NCBI GenBank assembly: GCA_017999015.1
Contig: JAGOBZ010000001.1
Coordinates: 6,769-43,910 of the forward strand
Direction of reading: 5' to 3'
DNA: 37,142 nucleotides
Source of the DNA: Kiritimatiellia bacterium
Lineage (GTDB): Bacteria > Verrucomicrobiota > Kiritimatiellia > RFP12 > UBA1067
The translations under genes were made by a program, and so were the position numbers. Below the pieces are notes generated by a model. The model searched no databases and had not been told where the DNA came from. It saw nothing but the letters and a program-made list of their open reading frames with translations. Positions 18,722 through 25,722 of this stretch are shown piece by piece (positions within the stretch are counted from its first letter, which is position 1; each line of letters begins with the position of its first letter).

Positions 18722-19531
18722 TGCTTGTTCAGCCGCAGGGCGAGAGGTCGGCGCGGTGCGGCGCGCGAATTCCGCAGCAAAGGCGCGGTAGGCTTCCGCG
18801 CCGCGGCTGGAAGGATCGTAGAAGATGACCGGCTGTCCGAAGCTGGGCGCCTCGCTGATGCGCACGTTGCGCGGGATAACCGTGTCGTAGACCTTTTCAC
18901 CGAAGTGTGCGCGCACCTCCGTCACGACATCGGCCGCCAGACGTGTGCGGCCGTCGAACATCGTCATCAGGATGCCTTCGAGCTGCAGGTCCGCATTGAC
19001 GCCGTTGGTGCGGAGCTGTTCAATCAGCGAGGTGATCACGCTCAGGCCCTCCATGGCGTAATACTCGCATTGCATGGTGACCACGATGCCGTCGGCCGCC
19101 GCGAGCGAGGAGGTCATCAGGATGCCGAGCGAAGGCGGGCAGTCCAGCAGCACGTAGTCAAAGACACCGGCGGTGAGTACGCGGTCGAGCACGTTGCGGA
19201 CCACGGCCAAATGATTATCCTGACGCGCGATCTCGATCTCCGCGCCGGCCAGGTCAAGCTCGGCCGGAATGATGTTGATGCCCTCATACGGGGTGGCTTG
19301 GATGATATCGGCCACATCGGCCGCGCCCGTGAGCACCGGATAAAGGCTGAGGCCCGGCTGGCGCGGCAGCCCGAGCCCGCTGGTGGCGTTGGCCTGGGGG
19401 TCGAGGTCGATGACCAGAACCGTCTTCTGCATCCGGGAGAGCGCGGCCGCCAGGTTGACGACCGTGGTCGTTTTGCCGACGCCGCCTTTTTGGTTGGCGA
19501 TCGCGATGACGCGTGTGGCGCGAGTGCTCAT
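18719..19531 (-). CDS. parA: ParA/Soj-family ATPase
   Basis: 270 aa with the deviant Walker A IAIANQKGGVGKTTTVVNLA. Also has VLVIDLDPQANAT and the ParA-typical IPRNVRISEAPSFGQPVIFYDPSSRGAEAY. Start overlaps the leuD stop (ATGA at 19528-19531). No parB in the window. Confidence 0.85.
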   Translation of the reverse strand: MSTRATRVIAIANQKGGVGKTTTVVNLAAALSRMQKTVLVIDLDPQANATSGLGLPRQPGLSLYPVLTGAADVADIIQATPYEGINIIPAELDLAGAEIEIARQDNHLAVVRNVLDRVLTAGVFDYVLLDCPPSLGILMTSSLAAADGIVVTMQCEYYAMEGLSVITSLIEQLRTNGVNADLQLEGILMTMFDGRTRLAADVVTEVRAHFGEKVYDTVIPRNVRISEAPSFGQPVIFYDPSSRGAEAYRAFAAEFARRTAPTSRPAAEQA

Positions 19532-20076
19532 TTTTTGATCATCCCGATCTCGCGGGCGTAGGCGAACATGCCGCCGGCTGCGATGACCGGCGCGACCGCG
19601 CCGACCGGTTTCAAAGTGAAAGCTTTGCCGTCCGACAGGCGGGTGATGGTGTTTTTTTCAATGTCGATCTCCGCCAGGTCTCCGGTCTTGAACTCGCCGC
19701 ACAAACGCTTCTCCGATTCGAGCGGGAAGATCTCGCCGGTGGCCACGGAATTGCGGAAGAAGATGCGGGCGTAGCTCTCGGCCACAACCGCCTTGGCGCC
19801 GGCGGCGCCGAGCGCGATCGGTGCGTGCTCGCGCGAGGAACCGCAGCCGAAATTGCGTCCGCCGATAACGATCGCATAGGGCGTGGTGCCGTCCGGGTTC
19901 GAGACGAACTTCGGGAAGGAGTCGGGCAGCCCCGCGAGTGCGTAAGAGCCAAGCTTACGGTACTCCTCCGGGATCGTGGGCACGAGGTTCAGATAGCACG
20001 CCGGGATCAGCAGGTCCGTGTCGATATTGTCTTCGAGCACGTAGACCGGGCCGCGGATAAGGGTGTCTTTAGGCAT
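19528..20076 (-). CDS. leuD: 3-isopropylmalate dehydratase small subunit (aconitase-family swivel domain, short archaeal-type)
   Basis: 182 aa: VYVLEDNIDTDLLIPACYL...IVIGGRNFGCGSSREHAPIALGAAGAKAVVAESYARIFFRNS. This is a typical LeuD/HacB pattern with the GSSREHA motif. Confidence 0.85.
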   Translation of the reverse strand: MPKDTLIRGPVYVLEDNIDTDLLIPACYLNLVPTIPEEYRKLGSYALAGLPDSFPKFVSNPDGTTPYAIVIGGRNFGCGSSREHAPIALGAAGAKAVVAESYARIFFRNSVATGEIFPLESEKRLCGEFKTGDLAEIDIEKNTITRLSDGKAFTLKPVGAVAPVIAAGGMFAYAREIGMIKK

Positions 20077-20093
20077 GATTGAGTCCTCTTCTT

Positions 20094-20711
20094 TCAGGCA
20101 AGTTGGCAGACATCATAGTCAGAAAAATGCCATAGTTCAAAACCATAGGTTGAGATGCCTTTGGTCAACTGACTATTTGTGACCCTTCTTCCGCAACCGG
20201 AGGTTATTTTCGCTGGGCGATTAAATGCCGTAACAACCGTTTGCGTTGGCGCAGGGGACGGAGGTGTTTTGCGAAAGTAGCAACAGCGTTTCGAGGAAAA
20301 CGGATCCGCAAACAGGCGTACACCGGACACGTTAAACAAATGCTCAAGGGTTTTACGCAATTGGCGGGTCTTCACCCCGGATGAAGTTGTTACCTTCATT
20401 TCAACAAGGCAGAAGACCCGATTGCTGTCGTCGTAGATAATGAAATCACACTGTTCGGGATACGGCGGAGGAATAGACCGGACATAATCACCAAACTTCA
20501 GACAGTGGATACGCAATGCGCTCAAATTATCAAAATTAGCCGTTTCGTGCCGGCTATTCTTGACAATCGGAGAGGCATAAGACGTTGTTCGACTCTGCGG
20601 GTCGTTCAAGCCGAACGAGGGACAAGTAATTATCACACAACGGTCTGATTCTGATAACGTCGCCTGCGACCAAGGCGCGACCGCAGAAAGTATTGAGGAA
20701 ATCGCGCTCAC
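20094..20711 (-). CDS. hypothetical protein with PD-(D/E)xK-like motif (candidate nuclease effector of the low-GC cassette)
   Basis: 205 aa. GTG start overlaps the ATPase stop (GTGA at 20708-20711). Low G+C. Contains SRHETANF ... CDFIIYDDSNRVFCLVEMKV, i.e. E...D-x14-E-x-K with hydrophobic beta-strand context. No other motif recognised. Confidence 0.6.
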   Translation of the reverse strand: MSAISSILSAVAPWSQATLSESDRCVIITCPSFGLNDPQSRTTSYASPIVKNSRHETANFDNLSALRIHCLKFGDYVRSIPPPYPEQCDFIIYDDSNRVFCLVEMKVTTSSGVKTRQLRKTLEHLFNVSGVRLFADPFSSKRCCYFRKTPPSPAPTQTVVTAFNRPAKITSGCGRRVTNSQLTKGISTYGFELWHFSDYDVCQLA

Positions 20712-21961
20712 GTCAGTTCCTCATACCGGTTGTAAATGACATTAATTGCGTCTGAAAGCGCGTTCGTGTCAATCAGACGATTGTCCGCCATCTTCAAATC
20801 ATCAATCCCGCCATCAGTCACATGATATGCAGCGATCTTGTCAAAGTCCAAACGAGCACCGTTTGTGAACTCGGTGTTGTTCGTGTCGTGTGCCTTGATG
20901 AGAAGGTTTAAATGGTTGAGAATGTAGGGGCTGTGCGTTGTCATCATGAAACGAATGGGATTCCGATCCTCGCCCGAGCCTAATACAATCAGACGGTTCA
21001 ATAGGTCGCATTGTGCGTTAGGGAAAAGGCCGAGTTCTGGTTCTTCAACATGAAAAAAAATGCGCTTGGAGAGTGTGTCAGTGTCTGAGATTGGTCTGAA
21101 CTCGGTTAACTTGCCTAAATCTGAGACGGTAGAAAGCAACGCCCGATTAAATGACCCGGTCAAGTCAAGATCGTTAGCAAAATATGACGCAAGCAATAAT
21201 ATGGGTACCGTGTTTTGGATACCGGAAGAACTGTGCGTAAAATCTATTTGGTATTGGGCCCCGTCTAAATTGGATACGCGATGCTTCCATCCGAATGGGG
21301 TGGATTCTGCCGAGAACCGAACATCGAGAAAATCGACATCTAACGCCTCCCGCGTTGCGCAGGCGCGCTCGAAATCCTCAACCATCTCCTCAAAATGCGC
21401 TTCAAACGCCGGTCGCCGTCCTTTGCTTTTAAGCAAAAAGGGCAAGAATCCTCGTGTTTCCGTGATATAGGAGAGCTTACTGTAAGAAATCCCGCCGACT
21501 GGGATATCACCCCTTGTATCTAATTTTTTGTCGCGATACTGAATCACAAAAGGTTGAGAGACGCCATCGAAATAAACGGAATATTGAATACTGGTATTGT
21601 TGGCAACAAATTCCGACAATCCCGCGTATTCTAGATGCTTGTCCATGCCGAGACGAAACGGCGATTTGGTGATCCTGCTGGCTTGAAGGTACGTGCGGAA
21701 ATTTAATCGTTTGAAGAGCCATCGGAACAGAGCGATGGCTTTCATGAGTGCACTTTTCCCCCCCGCTGATTCGCCGATAAAGACAGTGAACGGCTTAATG
21801 TCGCCAATCTTAACCTCTCTCACTGGGCCAAGATTACGAATGCATATTTCTTCCCTGATAATGTCCGTCTTCAGGATATCCTCGGGGGAAGTAAGAATCT
21901 GAGTCGGAGAAGACGTGAGAACCGTTCCGTCCACGTCATTTCTGTTGATGTGGCCGTTCAT
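20708..21961 (-). CDS. ABC-type / AAA_15-AAA_21-like ATPase (defense-associated ATPase family)
   Basis: 417 aa. Motifs: Walker A FIGESAGGKSALMKAI; signature-like HSSSGIQN; Walker B plus D-loop RIFFHVEEPELGLFP (matches the hhhhDEPExxLHP pattern of AAA_15/21 proteins); H-loop MMTTHSPYIL. ATG overlaps the upstream stop (ATGA at 21958-21961). Low G+C. Confidence 0.8.
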   Translation of the reverse strand: MNGHINRNDVDGTVLTSSPTQILTSPEDILKTDIIREEICIRNLGPVREVKIGDIKPFTVFIGESAGGKSALMKAIALFRWLFKRLNFRTYLQASRITKSPFRLGMDKHLEYAGLSEFVANNTSIQYSVYFDGVSQPFVIQYRDKKLDTRGDIPVGGISYSKLSYITETRGFLPFLLKSKGRRPAFEAHFEEMVEDFERACATREALDVDFLDVRFSAESTPFGWKHRVSNLDGAQYQIDFTHSSSGIQNTVPILLLASYFANDLDLTGSFNRALLSTVSDLGKLTEFRPISDTDTLSKRIFFHVEEPELGLFPNAQCDLLNRLIVLGSGEDRNPIRFMMTTHSPYILNHLNLLIKAHDTNNTEFTNGARLDFDKIAAYHVTDGGIDDLKMADNRLIDTNALSDAINVIYNRYEELT

Positions 21962-22284
21962 TGTTTTTGCTCGTTCAAACTCGAGTTGTTTGCCTGAGTG
22001 TTAAGCAAACCCAACATGCCAACTGAATGCTGGCTTGTGAACCCACATTGGTTGCAGATTAACGCTACAAGGGGCAGGAAACCATCACTAGCTCGCACAT
22101 GGCCGACACGGTTAACCTCGATTTGGTTCTGGACCAAAGGCTTGACGTAACTATCCACCAACGTCCATTCTTTGTTACCGCACATCGGACACGCCCTTGG
22201 CACGCCCCGTTCGCGAAGGCGGTCAACTATCTCCTGTTTTCGCTCTTGGGAGAGTCCTTGATTATTGGTAAGTTTTTCGTTCAT
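21958..22284 (-). CDS. small zinc-ribbon protein (CxxC...CxxC), first gene of the low-GC cassette
   Basis: 108 aa: CPMCGNKEWTL ... 41 residues ... CNQCGFTSQH. Has a basic/helical N-terminus (LSQERKQEIVDRLRERG) and an Asn/Gln-rich tail. An AGGGA RBS lies 4 nt before the ATG. Begins 46 nt after the leuC stop. Confidence 0.65.
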   Translation of the reverse strand: MNEKLTNNQGLSQERKQEIVDRLRERGVPRACPMCGNKEWTLVDSYVKPLVQNQIEVNRVGHVRASDGFLPLVALICNQCGFTSQHSVGMLGLLNTQANNSSLNEQKQ

Positions 22285-22330
22285 CGCGTCCCTGATGTCC
22301 GTAGATGAAGCAATTAAATCAGTGTCGAAA

Positions 22331-23620
22331 TCACACGTCGCGCGGGTCGGTGATATGGCCGGTGAGGGCGCTGGCGGCCGCAGTGTAGGGCGAGGCCAGG
22401 TAGACCTGCGAGTCTTTCGAACCCATGCGGCCGATGAAGTTGCGGTTCGTCGTGCTGACCACGACCTCCTTGCCGTGGGTGCGTCCGAAGGTGTCGATCG
22501 GGCCGCCCAGGCAGGCCGCGCAAGAAGGCGGCGCGATCGGATCGACGCCGGCCGCCTCGAAAATGTGTCTCAGGCTCTGGCCGTCGATGCGGGTTTCATC
22601 AAGTCCGCTTTCGACCTGGCGCGTGGCCGGCACGAGCAGCGTGCGGACCGCGACACGGCGGCCCTTCATGATTCGCGCCGCCATGATGAAATCCTCCAGC
22701 TTGCCGCCGGTGCAGGAGCCGATGTAGACCTGGTCGACTTTCACGTCGCGGCAAGAGCGCGCCAGTGCTTTGTTGTCGGGCAAATGCGGGCGGGCCACGA
22801 CCGGTTCAAGCGTCGAAACATCGTAACGGTGTTCGGCCTGAATGTGTGCGTCGGGGTCACTGTAGAGCGGTTCGAACGGTTTGGCCGTGCGGGCCTTCAC
22901 ATAGGCATAGGTCTTGGCGTCGGGCGCGATGATGCCGTTCTTGGCGCCGGCTTCGACCGCCATGTTACAGATGGTGCAGCGCTCTTCGATGCTGAGTGCC
23001 TCAATTGCTGCGCCCGTGAACTCCATCGCGCAGTAGGTGGCGCCGTCCACGCCGATGTCTCCGATGATATGCAGGATCAAGTCTTTGGCCGACAAGTAGT
23101 CCGGCATCTCGCCGTCCAGCACGAAGCGCAGTGTGGGCGGAACTTTGACCAGCAGTTTGCCGGTTCCCATGATGAAGCCTGCATCGGTGTTGCCGATGCC
23201 GGTCGAGAAGGCACCCAGCGCGCCGTGCGTGCAGGTGTGCGAATCGGTGCCGAAGATCGTCGCGCCCGGCAGCACGTGGCCGAGTTCGGGAAGGGCCACA
23301 TGGCAGACACCGCAATAGCTGTCGGTGCCGGGATCGTAGAAATAGGGCAACCCTTGCTCTTTAACGAAGTCGCGCAGGATATCCACATTGCGGTGCGCTT
23401 TTTCATCGGCCGTGAAGATGTAGTGGTCCGGCAGAATGACGATTTTTTCGCGGTCGAAAACCTTGGCATCTTTGCCGAATTCGCGCTGAAAGATGCCGAT
23501 CGTGCCGGGACCGCAGACGTCGTGCGTCAGAAGGATGCCGGCGTTGACCCAGATATTGTCACCGGGGGAAACCAGAGAGGCGCCCGACTCGCGCGCCAAG
23601 ATTTTTTCTGTAATGGTCAT
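22331..23620 (-). CDS. leuC: 3-isopropylmalate dehydratase large subunit (aconitase family, short archaeal-type)
   Basis: Start placed at the ATG at 23620 (MTITEKILARESG...). Contains GTDSHTCTHGALGAFSTGIG, YIGSCTGG, SCAACLG and STTNRNFIGRMG (Fe-S ligands and aconitase motifs). The track ORF start at 23674 would overlap the upstream gene. Confidence 0.9.
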   Translation of the reverse strand: MTITEKILARESGASLVSPGDNIWVNAGILLTHDVCGPGTIGIFQREFGKDAKVFDREKIVILPDHYIFTADEKAHRNVDILRDFVKEQGLPYFYDPGTDSYCGVCHVALPELGHVLPGATIFGTDSHTCTHGALGAFSTGIGNTDAGFIMGTGKLLVKVPPTLRFVLDGEMPDYLSAKDLILHIIGDIGVDGATYCAMEFTGAAIEALSIEERCTICNMAVEAGAKNGIIAPDAKTYAYVKARTAKPFEPLYSDPDAHIQAEHRYDVSTLEPVVARPHLPDNKALARSCRDVKVDQVYIGSCTGGKLEDFIMAARIMKGRRVAVRTLLVPATRQVESGLDETRIDGQSLRHIFEAAGVDPIAPPSCAACLGGPIDTFGRTHGKEVVVSTTNRNFIGRMGSKDSQVYLASPYTAAASALTGHITDPRDV

Positions 23621-23627
23621 AGCGGTA

Positions 23628-24326
23628 TCAACGTTTTTGGATAAGTTCGAAGAATCTGTCCTGAAAGCGTTCAAAAAGCCCGTGGTCGTGCAAGAGCTTG
23701 CCGAGCGGCTTGATCAGGCTCGCGTCTTTAGAGGCGGCTTGAAACCCCTTTTCGATCTCGTCGCGCAGCCCTGACGGCAGGCCGTCCTGCAGCTCGAAAA
23801 GACGGCGTTCGTGAAGCTCGCGGATGTTGGCCTGTGCAGAGTTTTGTATCACGGTCCAAAAGAGTCGCACAAGGCAGACGTCCCAAGGGTCGTCCACACC
23901 TTTGACCACTGCGGCGAACGGGTCGTTCTTGGTTGCGGCCTCACGCGCCACACGCTCCAGCACGGCTTCGGGCGTATCGGTCAGAACCTGCTCGCTGAAG
24001 GCTTCCTGCTTGAGGGTGTAACCATAGCGCAGGATGCGCACCGAATCCTCATGTTCCTTGAGCCACTCCAGGTATTGCTGCGCCTGCTCGCCAAACCCTT
24101 CGAGCATGGTCGATGAGTAGGCGGAGGGCGTGATGATCTGGGGCCGCAGCGCTTGCATGCGCCCCTCGCGAACGCGGACCTTGCCCACCGCGTCCATCAA
24201 CTCACTGATGAGGTAGTAGTTGATAATGGTGTTGCCGAAGGTTTCGAGATGACGTTTGGGCGGCATCACGATCTCCGTGTTGTTGACGGCAAACCAGAAA
24301 TCAAATTGTGTCGGTCTTTTACTCAT
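23628..24326 (-). CDS. conserved hypothetical protein
   Basis: About 232 aa from the ATG at 24326 (MSKRPTQFDFWFAVNN...). Native G+C and strong GC3 bias. The stop lies 7 nt before the leuC start, so it is probably co-transcribed. No recognisable motif. Confidence 0.6.
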   Translation of the reverse strand: MSKRPTQFDFWFAVNNTEIVMPPKRHLETFGNTIINYYLISELMDAVGKVRVREGRMQALRPQIITPSAYSSTMLEGFGEQAQQYLEWLKEHEDSVRILRYGYTLKQEAFSEQVLTDTPEAVLERVAREAATKNDPFAAVVKGVDDPWDVCLVRLFWTVIQNSAQANIRELHERRLFELQDGLPSGLRDEIEKGFQAASKDASLIKPLGKLLHDHGLFERFQDRFFELIQKR

Positions 24327-24409
24327 GGAAGAGAGGCAACTATAACATGAAAAACGGCACTCTGTCACGGCCGAGAAAAAAATTAGACTGTCCCCTCATT
24401 GGGCACGGA

Positions 24410-24424
24410 TGGTACCCTTTGTGC
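24410..24424 (+). promoter_or_regulatory. weak candidate sigma-54 (-24/-12) promoter
   Basis: TGGTAC-CCTTT-GTGC compared with the consensus TGGCAC-N5-TTGC. The GG and GC dinucleotides have the correct 10-nt spacing, giving 8/10 matches. Located 47 nt upstream of the ATG at 24471. Confidence 0.2.
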
Positions 24425-24470
24425 GCTTAATCAAATTTCAGCGCGTTGTCGCGTCAGAAAGGACGAATCC

Positions 24471-25466
24471 ATGAATCGCATGTTCTCGCGCCGTCAGTCA
24501 CTCAAAGCCATGTCGCAGGCTTCGGTGTTTTGCGGTTTGGGCGGTGCCGCTCAACAGTCTGTCCGGGCCGACGCGCAGACCGCCTCGAATGGCTTGACCG
24601 TGGGCATATCAACTCTCGGGTTCGGTGGCCACACAAATGCTGCCCTTGCCGCTGAGCTGTCGGCAGCCGGTTTCAACACCATTCAGCTCTTTCTCACGCA
24701 GACCGACAGCGCGTTTTGGAAATATAACAGCCGGACTGATCTTTCCGGACTCACACCGGCGCGTTGCAAGGCGATCGCCCAAACCTATCGCGATGCCGGA
24801 CTTGCCATTCACAGTATCGGTGTCTACACCAATCTGATGCATCCCGACGACGGCGAACTGAATGCCAACCTTGCCTATTTTGATGCGATGATGGCTGTGG
24901 GCGGCCATATGGGGGTCCACACCTTCATCACGGAGGCCGGCCATTATTATGATACTCAAGTTCCCTCACCGCGCGTGCCGCTGGAGTTTCAGGACGCCGT
25001 TTGGCCGCGCATGATCGCGACCGCCCGTAAATTGGACGGCCTGGCTGCCAAGCACGGTGCCAAGGTGTTGTTTGAACCCTATTTTCAGAGCTTTTTCGCG
25101 AGCGCCAAACGGGTGCGGCTCTTCGTCGAAGAGCTGAATTCGCCGCGTCTGCGCGTGCTGCTTGACCCGGCCAACCTGCTCGAACTCAACGATCTCGATG
25201 AGATGTTTTTGCAGCTCGCGCCTTGGATCGAGTGCCTGCATGCCAAAGACCGCAAGTACCACACCAGCCGTGGCGTTGCGGCCGGCCAAGGTGATATCGA
25301 TTACAAACGCTTCGTGGCCTTGGCGGCGAAGCATACGCCGCAGGTTCCGTTGATTCTCGAATACGTCGGCCCGAAAGATTATCAAGACGCGCGCGCGCAC
25401 CTGCTGGCAGCGATGCGTGCGTGCGGTATCCCGGAACGGTGCGCCCCAACAACAATCAACCAATAA
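24471..25466 (+). CDS. sugar phosphate isomerase/epimerase (xylose-isomerase-like TIM barrel) with Tat-type signal
   Basis: Start at the ATG at 24471 after an AAAGGA RBS. The N-terminus MNRMFSRRQSLKAMSQASVFCGLGGAAQQSVRA resembles a twin-arginine signal. The body is AP-endonuclease-2 / xylose-isomerase-like (HSIGVYTNL..., FEPYFQSF, LLDPANLL, HAKD). Confidence 0.7.
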   Translation: MNRMFSRRQSLKAMSQASVFCGLGGAAQQSVRADAQTASNGLTVGISTLGFGGHTNAALAAELSAAGFNTIQLFLTQTDSAFWKYNSRTDLSGLTPARCKAIAQTYRDAGLAIHSIGVYTNLMHPDDGELNANLAYFDAMMAVGGHMGVHTFITEAGHYYDTQVPSPRVPLEFQDAVWPRMIATARKLDGLAAKHGAKVLFEPYFQSFFASAKRVRLFVEELNSPRLRVLLDPANLLELNDLDEMFLQLAPWIECLHAKDRKYHTSRGVAAGQGDIDYKRFVALAAKHTPQVPLILEYVGPKDYQDARAHLLAAMRACGIPERCAPTTINQ

Positions 25467-25470
25467 TCAA

Positions 25471-25722
25471 CTATGCAATGTGGCCAAAATTAGAATTGCT
25501 GGGCAGACGGGTAGTGTTTCGGCCGCGGTCCTCGATGAAGAGGCTGGACTGGACGAACATGCCGCCGGAGCCGCAGGCGGGATCGAAGACGGCGCCGTGG
25601 TCGGGCTCGACGATGTTGACGATGGTCTGCACGAGAGAGGGCGGTGTGAAGAACTCGCCGTTGTCCTGAGCGCCCTGCATGGCGAACAGCCGATTATTGT
25701 CGCTTGTGGCCCCGAGAATCTT
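25471..25722 (-). pseudogene. remnant of a type I restriction-modification N6-adenine methylase (HsdM-like), truncated at both ends
   Basis: Minus-strand frame reads ...[53 protein letters not shown]... This matches the HsdM GEFYTP and AdoMet motif I (DPACGSGG) region. Only ~80 codons remain of a normally ~500-aa protein. An in-frame stop lies upstream and the downstream motifs are lost. Confidence 0.7.

Noticed and set aside
20077-22330. Interpreting the low-GC cassette as an IS element, integron cassette or prophage fragment
   Set aside because: There is no transposase, integrase or recombinase gene. I found no terminal inverted repeats, attC-like imperfect palindrome or flanking direct repeats by eye. 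Only the three defense-like ORFs are present.
22265-23644. 459-aa plus-strand ORF covering leuC
   Set aside because: It is antisense to leuC, which has aconitase-family Fe-S motifs. The composition is Ala/Arg/Gly/Asp-rich with no motifs.
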